Source: Prorocentrum cordatum
Taxonomy: Eukaryota
Assembly: GCA_963575745.1 (NCBI GenBank)
Contig: CAUYUJ010000223.1
Location: forward strand, 62,001-116,630
Length of the DNA stretch: 54,630 nt
Direction of reading: 5' to 3'
Position 1 is the first letter of the stretch; every line of letters starts with the position of its first letter. The position numbers and the translations under genes are program-made. The notes below the pieces were generated by a model. The model saw nothing but the letters and a program-made list of their open reading frames with translations. It was not told where the DNA came from and did not search any database. Positions 21,500 through 33,000 of the stretch are shown piece after piece.

Positions 21500-24400
21500 T
21501 ACTCCCCAGGCGGCTACGGAACGAGATGTCTGGCCAGCCCGTTGGGGAATATGATTATTTGGGTCATGTTTGAAGGATTGTATACCCCCATGACCTGTAG
21601 GAGCATCTCTCTGTCGATGCCCCCCCTTGGTGTGACCGTCCGCAGTCATATCGCGGGTGTCGCACCGCTGAATACTGCGCGCGATTCCTCGCTTCATCGT
21701 TTGTCGTGTCCAACTGATGCGCCCTAAAAGGGCGCGCTCCGTCGGCTGCCCCAAGTCTCTGCTTGACAACGACTTACAAACAAACTCGGCATCTATGGTC
21801 GAAGTGACCTTGACGCTCTGACCACCCAACTCAAGTACGTCTTTGAACCGAATGGGAGTTAGCGGCCCTGCGAGGAGCTCGTGCAGAGTCACGATCGTGG
21901 GATAACAGCCCTCCAAGTTACGTGCAACTGCTAGTGTCTCTGCCGAATAGCTCGAGCGGACCTGAAGCGGCGAGACTTGCAGTGCGCATCGATCAAGTGG
22001 ACGACGGGCTTCCCAGATGGCGCGTCTCCACGCCGCGGCAGGTTCGCCCCGCGAGTACCATAGCTTTTGACGTTGTCATCGGCGCCTCCACTCAGGCGTC
22101 GGCAAGCTGAGTCGCTGTGCAGGTCGACCTCGCCCGTAGGGGTCATCGCCTGGTAGGCGATCTTCTAGGGGCAGGCTTGCAGTCTCCTGGGGGTCGCGCT
22201 GAGTCGTCGCACTTGTATAAATGGTCGGTTGTTGGACACGTTGAAAAGAAACAACGAGCCATCAACCGCGCCTGGGTGATTCCTGCATACGCCAGCGCGC
22301 CTCTGAGGCTGACGAACATGTCTGCAACCATCTTGGATGCCTGAGCGTCAGCATCGGCGCCGGTAAGACCAGGATGTTGTATAGGACGGAGATGCATGAT
22401 GTATTCGTATTGGTCCAAAGCAGCATTGCCGTCCTCATCCTTGGAATATATCGCAGCACAATTGGTGCATGCGTGCTAGTTGAGTTTACACTTACCAATG
22501 GTGTCCTCTACGCACTTGACACACTCGTCAATGGTTCCCTCAGTGCAGGCCATATTGATATCATCAACTTACTTGGTCGTAACCAGGTTGCTACTCATCT
22601 CGAACTCCGCGTCGCAGGACGTGGATCGGATACCAAAACCTCTCGTGGCCCCTCTGAGCTTCAGTGAGAAAGCTCGGGGTGCCTCTTTGGTGCAAGTGCC
22701 TGGTTTAAGGCGCTGCAGGCAGCGCGCAGCGTTCGAATGCTGGGGAAGTTCGAAGCACCGTGGCCGATCCAGGCGTCAAAATAAAACACACCACACATTC
22801 CTTTTTACCAATTGCCCCAGCAAGTTCCTGATAGGTCAACTCTTCCATGAAGGCCATGTTGATGCCGAGGGAAGCAATGACCCATTGCTTCTTGCCCGCT
22901 GCCGTGCTCGCGAGTAGGTCGCCGGCTTGACCGCCGCGCTGCCCCCGAAAAGGCTTCCACGTCAAAGGCTTCGCGGCCCATAGAGCCACGAATCACCAGG
23001 CACAATCCGATGGCACGTTCCATCTCGCCCTTCTCGCTCTTCGCAAACATGTGTGCACCTACCTCGAAGTCATGATGTTTGACGCTTTGGATATGTCTTG
23101 CATTTTGAAACACTCGTTGTCAAACCATGTCTTGAGTTCGGTGCAGAGGGCTCTTGATACTTTCTCGGGGTTCGCCTGGGCGCCAGCTTTCGCGAGGAGG
23201 TCGCCTTCCTTGACGACCGCAGCTCGCTTTGCAGCGGCAGTGGCGTATTCTCGCATAGTGGCCACGCGGTCGGCACCTAATACCCCGTGCTGTTGTTCGG
23301 ACAGGACTACCTTCGACATTCCTGCCGCAACGCAGAGTTCTGCATATTGCCCATTTTCGTCTGAGTCCAGTCCGCAGCAGCAGTCTTCGACAATGGAGCA
23401 CAGCGGGACATGATACAACTCCTCGGCATCGGAGTGGCGCGGGTGGCCCCCACTTTGGCAGGTGCCCCCGCTGCTTTTCAGCTACAGTGATCAGCACACT
23501 ATGGTCTGGAATCATCTGCGTGGGCATCGCGAAAAAAGATCCTCTAGTGGAGCTGCCTCCAGCAATTCCTTTTCATCGCGTAGTTCTGCGTGCCGCACTC
23601 CCATGACGTGTGACTCGAGGTCAGCCTCCGATTCCTCATGAATCGTAGGAAGCCGCCCATCCTCCTGTGGTGGTTCGGCTTCTGAGGCTTCTCTTGCAGT
23701 TCCATCCAGCGCCGGTGCATCCGCCAATTCCTCCGACTTTGTGAAATCCTGGTCGAAGCCTGCTTGGACATCAGGCACTAGATGATTCTAGAATGTGCTG
23801 TTCCAGTTATACCGTGAATGTTCAGAGCAGTGCCTTCTGCTTCATCATAGGAAAATGCTGGATTCACATCGTGGTCATACTGGGCCAATATGCAACTGCC
23901 AGCGTAAGCAACCAGAGATAGCCCATGGATGCCCTCAGCTAACCTGACCGCAAGAACGTTCTCAATGCGGAAGAAGTTCCGGATAAAGTATTGTAAAACT
24001 AGATATACCTTAGGAGATAGTCGGCTTGCACTTGTCGTCTGAATCATCCCCTTCTTGGTCGGTACATAGCCAAATGTCATAGCGAGCCCCCCCGCAGGTA
24101 AACTGGCCGCAAACGTCAACACCGTCCGTAGCGCAGCGTTGTCAGAACCAATTTCTCTGGCTATTGAAGCCTCAATATAAAGCGAGCGTCGAGCATCGCA
24201 GCGTTGTGCCTGAACGTCGCGGCGTCCGACTCGAATGATGACTTGACCCCTTGCTCGGGATCGTGTATTACAACTGGGAATGGGCCATTCCAACCTCCCC
24301 AGTATTCCTTCGTGGTTGTGGGGCGATGGTAGTCAACCAAATCTCCTTCGTCGTAGCAATGCTGACCAGTAACAGTTGTCTCAGTGCGTAATGCACGATT

Positions 24401-25445
24401 GGTCTTGGCTACTGCTGTGGCCTGCGTGTTTTAGCTTCGACGCGTACCTTACGTATCATCTGCTCTGCTTACGTATCATCTGCTGTTCGTGATCCAAGAC
24501 AGGCAAATCAGGGAGCGTTGCTGGTTGCCGTCCAAACAGAGCGCAGCATGGAGACACATCGCTGTAGAAAATGAACGCGATGGCGGCGAACAAGGCCTCA
24601 TGCAGTAGTCTCTTGAACACAAGAGGTATGTCTAACCTGTTGAGTTCAGCTTCCATGACATGAAGTAGATGGCGCAGTGTGCCGCTCCTGGCTTCGATCG
24701 TCGCAGCGTGTTGTCCACGCGCACGTATCCTTAGTTCAGTGCCCTTTGCCTTACGGGCTGCTTTCGCCGTGCCGTTGTTGAGGGCACCCTCCCCATCGAA
24801 GTAGAGTGCAATTTGCCAGTCCAAACTGCATCCAGCACTGATGCCATGCATCCAGGATACTGGTCATCGTCTTGCCTGGTATCTCCATTCCAGTAGCACA
24901 ACGAATCCAACGATCGATGAAATGCAATATATTGTGTTCTTGTAGGACATCAGGTCACATCCACCTTCTTCGTTGAAGTTACCAGGCGGTGCAATGGATG
25001 GCATAACCGTATGCCCCGGCTTGTCCCAAACCCTGCACTCCCGACGTATGTCGCAGACACCTTTAATCATATTGAGTCTGACGCTGTCCAGACCTACCTT
25101 TGTTAACATGAGTATCGTCTTAGGCTCTCTCGCATGGAGCCAACGGAACTGTTGCTTCCGCAGCTCGGGCGTTGCCGCGCTTGGGTCAAGGCTTCGAAAA
25201 TGTTGTGGGCTGATTTGTACGTCGAACCTTGACCAGTCTGGGATTCGCGTTCGTGCAGCAGGGTTACCCGCTAGTGGCGGAAGAGGTGCATCCCCTCCTT
25301 GCTGTCGGCCGTCTGGCTCTACCCTGTGGCAGTCGGAGGTGACCATCCGAACTGCCAGCTCCACTCGATTCAGGTTGCCCTGCAGCAGGTTCAGCAGCAT
25401 GTCTCCCTACTGTAATAGAAGGCGTTTCTTTATGTTCGGCGATGA
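21500..25445 (-). mobile_element. Decayed Copia-type pol (integrase, RT, RNase H), multiply frameshifted
   Basis: Integrase: WLHA..VCDIRRECRVWDKPG, FNEEGGCDL, RARGQHAATIEARSG, SPCCALFGRQP (24460-25150). RT: INMAFMEELTYQELA, KPGTCTKEAPRAFSLKL, K*VDDINM near 22550-22575. RNase H: TIDAEFVCKSL..PTERALL..CDTRDMTADGHTKG (21630-21810). Confidence 0.85.
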
Positions 25446-25609
25446 CGGGCGTCGTGGGGGGGGGGGGAAAGGGGGGGGCGCGACGTGACGCCACCCCCCC
25501 GCCGCGCGGCTCCGGCACCGCAGCCGCCCCCGCGCGCGCGACGCGACGAGCGACGAGCGACGAACGACGACGACGCGAGCAGCATGTAAGTGGCGATCTG
25601 CCCATTGCG

Positions 25610-25895
25610 CCTGTGTGCACCACAACGCTCGCGTGCGCCACGCCGCGCGCGTGCACCGCAGCGCCTGCGTGAACCGCAAGAGCCGTGTGCAACGCACCGC
25701 CCGCGTATACCACAATACTTGGGAACACTACGGCGCCGGTCCACATGCGCCGCAGCAGCCACGTGCAACGCAGCGCCTGCGTACACCGCAGTGCCTGCGT
25801 GCACCACCGCAGCGCCCGTGCACGCCGCAGCGCCTGTCTACGCCGCAGCATCCACGCGCAACGCAGCGCTGGTGCACACCGCTGTGCCTGCGCGC
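25610..25895. repeat. ~18-bp GC-rich tandem repeat (CGTGCACCGCAGCGCCTG-like)
   Basis: Repeated gtgcaccgcagcgcctgc variants. Confidence 0.75.
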
Positions 25896-25944
25896 GTAGG
25901 ACAGGTAGAAGGAGCATGTACGTCAGGATCTGATGCGGACAACT

Positions 25945-26531
25945 AGTTAAGCGAAGGCACGCGTGCACTAAACGGAGAAGGAGGAAGAGGAGGAGGAAGG
26001 AGGACGAGGACGGGAGAAGGACAATGATGAACTCTTTCAATGGCAAAGCGGCCACGCGCACCACCCTGATGGCGCGGGTCCGGCGGGGCGCCGCGCCGCC
26101 CGCGCACGCGCACAGTGGCGCGCGCGCGTTCTGGCACGCCCTGCTGCCGCACGGCCCGAGAGCCGAGCGGAGCTGGGTGCACAGGGAGCAAAGCGGGGTG
26201 GGTGGGCCCCCGAGTCCTGGCTCGATCTCGAGCCCACGACTACGGACCCCAAATGGCTATGGCAAAGCCCCCACTTCCCTACGCTGAACCTGCAGTCTAC
26301 CAACATAACAGACTATACAAGTTAAGCGAAGGCACGCGTGCACTAAACGGAGAAGGAGGAAGAGGAGGAGGAAGGAGGACGAGGACGGGAGAAGGACAAT
26401 GATGAACTCTTTCAATGGCAAAGCGGCCACGCGCACCACCCTGATGGCGCGGGTCCGGCGGGGCGCCGCGCCGCCCGCGCACGCGCACAGTGGCGCGCGC
26501 GCGTTCTGGCACGCCCTGCTGCCGCACGGCC
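25945..26531. repeat. 212-bp direct repeat (25945-26156 and 26320-26531)
   Basis: Two apparently identical copies offset by 375 bp, from agttaagcgaagg to gccgcacggcc. Confidence 0.95.
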
Positions 26532-26930
26532 AAAACCAAAAGAACGCAGCCGCGCGCGGGCGAAAGGCGCCCGAGCGCGCGCGACCACTGGCCTGCAAGC
26601 CTGAGGCCTTCCTGGAGCGGGCGCCAGGCCGCCCCGGCTGGGCAGCGCCCTGCCGGCGGCGTGCAACGCGCGCCCGAGCCGGCCCCCACGGCCTCGCCCA
26701 GGCGGGGGGGCTAAACGCTCCCCAGGGCCGCGCGTCGCCGGCCCGCCGGCGCGGAATCGCGCACGCGAAAAGCGCTAGCCGCGCGCGTCGCGCAGGACGC
26801 GACTCAGCACACGCAAAGAACGAGCGCGCGCATGCGAAGCGCACGCGCGAGCTGGAGGCGCAAGCTGGCTGCAGCCCAGTGGACGCCACGAGGCCCGAGC
26901 AGCCCGTCGCTCCCCCCGGTCCTCCTCCTT

Positions 26931-29900
26931 CTAATCCTCGTCGTCGGGCGGCTCCTGTGTGGCGGACAGCGCGCGGCCCTCGATGCCAGTGCTGCCGGCG
27001 AACATGCCAACGTAGGTCGACCCGCTCGCCCCCGTCGTCGCGCCCTTCGTCGGCGCGCCAGTCGCCGCCGCAGTCAGCACCGTGGTCGCCGTGGCGGCCA
27101 GGGCCGCTGTCGACGCCGATGTCGGCGCGACCGTCGGCGCCGCTGTCGGAGTAGCCGTCGGTGTCGTGACCAGTTCAGCCATCGGCGAACCGAACCGTGC
27201 ATCTGCAGGTGCAGCGGCTAGTGCAACCGTCGTCGACGCTGTCCAGGCGGTTGTCTGTGCCGCGGCCAGGGCAACAGACAGACGACCCATCGACGCTGCC
27301 GTTGGTGCAGCAATCGGCGAAGCCGTAGGCGACGAAGCCGGCGCAGCCGCCGCCGCCGCTGCAAACGGGGCGGCCCGAACCGCAGCCGGAGCAGCGGTCG
27401 GTGCCGTAGACGGCGCGGCCGGCGGCGCAGCGGTCAGCGCCGCGGTCGGCACGGCGGCCAGTGCTGCCGTCGGCGACGCTATCGGCGCGGCCGTCGGCGC
27501 CGCCGCCAGCGCGGCTGTCGGAATGGCTGTCGGCGTCGCGGTCGGTACACTCGTCGGCGCTGCTGTCGGCGACGTCGTCGGCGCGGCCACCGTAGCCGCA
27601 GTCGGTGAGGCGGTCGGGGCCACCGTCGGCTCAGCTGTCAGTACCGCAGCCGCGCTGCCGCCGTCGGTGCCGCAATTGGCGCCGACGTCGGTGCCACAAT
27701 TGGCGCGGCTGTCGATACTGCAGCCGGCATGGCGGTCGGCGTAGCTGGCGGCGCCGCAATCGGAGCCGGAGTCGGGAAACCCGTCGGGGAGCTAGTCGAT
27801 GTCCCCGTTGTCGCCGAGGTCGCCGTGGCTGTCAGTGCCGCATCCCCCGGGGCCGCGGTAGCCACCGCCTCTGGTGCGAGACGCCCGCCCCACATGGGCG
27901 GGACCGCTGCTGACCCGGAGGCTGGTGCGCGCCGGGCGCCCCTGGCGGGCGAGGACGGGCGGGCGTCCCTCGGGGCCGCGGCCGCAGCCGCCGCTGGCGT
28001 GCGCCGTCCGTCGCACATGGGTGGGCCAACGCCCGCCCCTGAGGCTGGTGCGAGCCGTGCGCCCCCGGCCGGTGCGAGTGCGGTGGCGCCCTCGGGGGCG
28101 CGGTGGCAGCTGCCTCCGGCGCGCGCCGCCCGTGAGGTCTGGGCTGCCTGGAGGCCGCCAGCGCAGACGCCAGCGCCGCTGTCGGTGCCGCCGTTGGCGC
28201 CTCGGCTGGTACAGCGGTCGGCGCATCTGTCATTGCAGCTGTCGGTGCCGTGGTCGGCGCAGCTGTCAGCGAGGCCGTCGATGCAGCCGTCGGCGTCCCA
28301 GCCGTCTTATGACCCGCCAGCGCAGCCTCGATCTCCTCGGCAGCCTTTGGGCCGCTGTCCAGAACGTGCCAGTCATCCGAGGAGCCCTCCACGAGCGCGC
28401 CCTTCAAGTTCACCGCGCCAGCGCCGCTGTCGGCGCCGCGGCCGGCACCGAAATCAGCGCTGCAGTAGGGGCCGCTGTCGGCGCCCCCGTCGAGGACGCT
28501 GTCGGCGTGCCTGCTGGTGCCGCAGTCTGCGCGGCGGTCGGTGCCGCAGCCAGCGCAGCGGTTAACGCCGCTGGCGGGGTGGCCGTCAGTGCCACCGTAG
28601 GTGCCGCGGTCGGCGCGGCCGCGCCCGCCGCCCTAGACGCCCCCCACGGGCACGCCCTTGCGGGTTGCCTCGTAGGCGCCGCCGTCGGCGCCGCGGTCAG
28701 CGCCGAGGTCGGTGCAGCAGTCAGTGCCATTGTCGGCGTAACTGACGAGGCTGTCGTCGGCGTGGCTGTCGAGGTAGCCGTCGGTGCGGCCGCCGGTGCC
28801 GCAGACAGCGTGGCTGCAGCCATTGGCGCCGCTGTCGGTACCGCAGCCGGTGAGCCTGTCGGCGGGCCATTCGATCAGCCCGCTGGTGCCCTCGTAGGGC
28901 TCACGGTCGGCGCGGCAGTCGGCGCCGTGGTTGGCGCAGCCGTCGGCGCCGCAGCCGGCGCGGCTGTCCGCGCCGCAGGCTGCGCCACTGTCCCTGCCGA
29001 TGCCGTCGCAACTGCCGACGTCGTCGCGGCTGCCCACTGTGCCGCGGTCAGCTCGGCCGTCAGCGCCGCAGGCATAGCCGTCGGCGTACCTGTAGGCAAG
29101 GCGGTCAGCGCCACGGTCGTCGCAGCTATCGGGGCCGCGGCCGGCGTAGCTGCAGTTGGTGCCGCTGCGTCTGTAGCTGCCAGCCCCGTCGCTCGGGCGC
29201 GTGCCATAGGCACCCCGGGCCTTGACCCGCTGCCTCACCTTCGTAACGTGAGCGACAAGGCCGCCCTCCACCGGAGCGTTCCCAACCGAGAGGCCGCAAG
29301 CCTTCGCGACGTCGAACGCCGTGTCACCGCTGCTGACCAGCTCGCACTCGGCGTCCGGCACGGGCTCGATCGCCAGTGGCCTCACGCTCGCATCGGCGCT
29401 GTCCACGACGGCTGCCCTGCCAATGCCGCGGTTGGCGGAGACGCCAGTGACGCCGTCGGCGCGGTTGTCGGTGCCGTAATCGGTGCCGCGATCGACGCCG
29501 CCGTCGGCGCCGCTATCGGCGCGGCGGCTGCCGGTGCCGCAGCAATCGCAGGCGTCGGTGCCGCCATTGGCGGTGCTGGCGGTGAAGCCGTGGGCGCGGG
29601 TGTCGGTGCAGCTGTCAGCGACGCAGTCGGCGCAGCTGTCGGCGAGGCTGCCGGTGCTGCAGACGGCGCGGGTGTCGGTGCTGAGGTTGGCAGAGCCGCC
29701 GGCGGAGCTGTAGGTGCGGGCGTCGGTGCAGCTGTCGGCGATACCGCCAGCGCAGCTGTCGGCGATGCTGTCGGGGCAACGGTTGGCGCGGCTATCCGCG
29801 CCGCAGCCGGCGGGGCTGCTGACGCCAGCGTCGGCGCAGCTGCTGGTGCGGCTGTCGACGAGGTGGTCGGTGAGGCCGTCGCACGTCGCCGCGGCCGTGA

Positions 29901-32900
29901 CCATGGAGGCCGGTTGCTCCCCTATCGGACCGTACATCGCCAACATGAAGGCCGAGTGCTCGCCCATCGGACTGTACCAGATGCCCGTCTTGTCGCAGAC
30001 GGCGCCGCTGCCGGAGCGGATTTCGGCAAGGCTGTCGGTCCCTCGGTGGGCGTACCTGTCGTTGCAACCGTCGCCGTCGGTAACGCCGTCGGCGCCGCTG
30101 TACGCGCGGCAGTCGTCGCCACTGGCGGGTCTGCTGCCGGTGCCGCAGTTGTCGGAGCGGCTGTCGGTGCCGTCGGCGCCGCTGTCGGTGATGCCGTCGG
30201 CGCCCCTGCAGGTGTAGCTGCATGCGCCGCGGTCGGGGCGGCTGTCGGCGCCGCTGTCGGCGCAGCCGTCGGCGGGGCCGTCGGCGCAGCCGGCGGCAGC
30301 GCAGCTGTTGGCGAAACTGTCGACGCCGCAGTCGGGGCGGCAACCGACGTCACTGGAGGCGCAGCCGCCGACGTGGCAGTCGCTACCCTCTACGGTCGCC
30401 GTCGGCCTCGCTGGGCAGTCGATGCCGCGGTTGACGCAGATCGCGGCGAAACTGGTGGTGCGGCCCTCAATGCGGCCGTCGGTGATGCTGTCGACGCTGC
30501 TGTGGGCGGGGCTGTCGGCGCCGTCGTCGACGCCGCCACCGGCGCCGCTGTTGGCGCCACGATCGGCGAGGCTGTCGGCCGAAAGTCGCACTAAGCCGGG
30601 CAGGGTCGCCGCTGGCGCTTCGCCCCTGCGGCTTGTCCCCACGCGGCTTGACCAAGCGGCGCCCTGGCCCTCAACCAGCGACGCCCCTCCCGCGTGAACC
30701 TCGCCCCTAGGGCTGGTCCCCCCGCGGAAAGGCCCGGCCGGGCCAGGGCCCGCAGCAGACGGTGGGTTGTCGTGGATGACCCAATCAGAGAACGCCTCCT
30801 TCAACCACGACCGCACTGGGAGTACCAGCACACGGCGGGGCACGCCCAGCATGTCCAGGAACGCCAAGGCGCCGTGGGACACCGGTAAGCCCAGGAGCAC
30901 CCGCATGCCGTCGAGCACCAGCATGATCTGCACCTCGGGCGAGCCGAGGAGTAGGAGCGCGCGCGTGGACGCGAGCGCGCCCCTGCGTCCCAGCGCGCCG
31001 GGGGGCACAGCCCCGCCACCAAGCACGCGTGCACCGTTGAGCACCGGCGCGCCTGTGAGCCCCCGCCCGCAGTGGATCAAGGGTAGACCCGCCGCTGGGG
31101 TTCCGCTCCTCGAGCTGATCCCCTCGCAACTGGGCCAAGTCGAGCCCTTTCCACCGCGATCCAAGCCAAAATCTCCAGAGCCGTCTCGGCCAGGTACGCA
31201 CGCTGGCCCACGGCCGCCGAGGTTGGGCGTGCCAGGGGACGCGTGATCAGGTAGGTGTAGACGCGCTGCGACCGGCAGGCAGTCGAACATTCGCTTGCCC
31301 GTGAACTCGGTCGTCGGCGGGGATGACCTGGCCAAGGAGAAGTCGCGCTTGTCGCAATGCATCAGCGTCGACGGGCCATCGAGCGCGAGCATCGGGGCGC
31401 GCATGAACACCGGCGTGCTGTCAAGCGAGAGCGCCCGGGTGCAATAGAGGGCCCGCACGTCGGGGAGCGCCCGGGCGCTCCAGGGTCCGTGCATGTCCCT
31501 GAGCGCGACCACGCCAGGCACCAGCCTGCCCAAGAAGAGCAAGGCCTTCGCGTCGACGTGCGTGCCAGAGCGGGTACCGGTGTCAGCGCCGCCGTCGATG
31601 TTGGCGATGATGCTGGCCGCTACGGCCTCGGGGACCACGCCGGGCACGCTTGGGGTCCTCACCCAGACATCGAGGGCAAGGCCAGTGCCGCGGTCGATGC
31701 CGCCGTCGACGCCGCGGTTGGCGCCGCCGTTGTCGAGGCCGACGGGGGGGTGTCGCGCCGCGCTGGGCGGGGCCGCCGCGGTGGGCTTCCCGCCCCGCGT
31801 CGGCGCGATGCCGGGCACCAGGGCGCACGCGTGCGCCACGTCCTCGGAGGCGGGGTCGGTGCCCTGGGTGATGTAACTGACAGCGTCACTGACGGTGAAG
31901 CCGTGGGCACGGGTGTCGGCGCAGCTGTCGGTGATGCAGACGGCGCAGCTGTCGGCGGGGCTGACGACGCCGCAGACGGCGCGGGTGTCGGCGCTGCAGT
32001 TAGCGGGGCCGCCGGCGAAGCTGCAGGTGCGGACGTCGGCGCAGCTGTCGTCGATGCTGTCGTCGACGCTGTCGGTGCCCTCGGCGCTGCTGTCGGTGAT
32101 GCCGCCGGCGCCCCTGCAGGCGTGGCCGCAAGCGCCGCGGTCGGGGCGGCTGTCGGCGCCGCCGTCGGCGCAGCCGTCGGCGGGGCCGTCGATGCGGCCG
32201 GCGGCAGCGCAGCTGTCGGCGAAACCGTCGACGCCGCAGTCGGGGTGGCAGCCGACGCAACTGGAGGCGCAGCCGCCAGCGCGGCTGTCGGGGCCGCAGC
32301 CGCCGGAACGGCAGTAGGTGCTGCCGTCGACGCCGCCAGGGCTAGTGGCGCAGCCGTCGGCCAGGCTGTCAGTGCCGCAGCCGTCGGGACGGCAGTCGGC
32401 GCCGCCGCCGGCCCAGCCGCCGGCGGGGCCGTCGGGGCCGCCGTTGTCGGAGCGGCGGCGGGTGCTGCCGCCGACGCCGCCGACGACGCAGCTGTCGGAG
32501 CGACTATTGGGGCCGTCGGCGCCGCTCTCGGTGATACCGTCGGCGCCGCTGCCTGCGGTGCTGTCGGCGCCGCGGTCGGGGCGCCAATCGGTGCCGCCCT
32601 CGACGCCGCTGACGGCGCAACGGCCGGTGCGGCAATGGACTCCGCAGCCGTCGGAGCGGCAGCCGGTGCCGCCTGAGTGGCTGTTGGGGCCGCAGCTGTC
32701 GGAGCGGCAGTCAGTGCCGCCGTCGACGCTGCCGAGGCTATTGGGGCTGCTGTCGGCGAAGCTATCGGTGCCGCAGTTGTCGGAACGGCAAAGGGCGCCG
32801 CCGTCGGCGCTGCCGTGGGCGTGGCTGTCGGGGCGCCGATCAGTGCCGCCCTCGACGCCGCTGGCGGCGCAACGGCCGGTGCGGCTGTTGGCTCCGGCGG

Positions 32901-33000
32901 CGCCGCAGTCGGTGATGTCCTCGGCGCGGCCGTCCCCACTGTCGGTGAGGATGCGGGGCCCGCGGCGCCGAGCCTGGCCCAGTCCATGTCCCAAACCTCG
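26931..33000 (-). repeat. 12-bp GCCGTCGGCGCC-type minisatellite encoding PTAA/APTA repeats, interrupted by unique segments
   Basis: Reads as (APTA)n on minus and (AVGA)n on plus; frames switch repeatedly. Confidence 0.85.

Noticed and set aside
27874..32676. Plus-strand AVGA-repeat ORFs (906 aa, 439 aa)
   Set aside because: Antisense shadows of a stop-poor 12-bp GC repeat; the unique islands read sensibly only on the minus strand.
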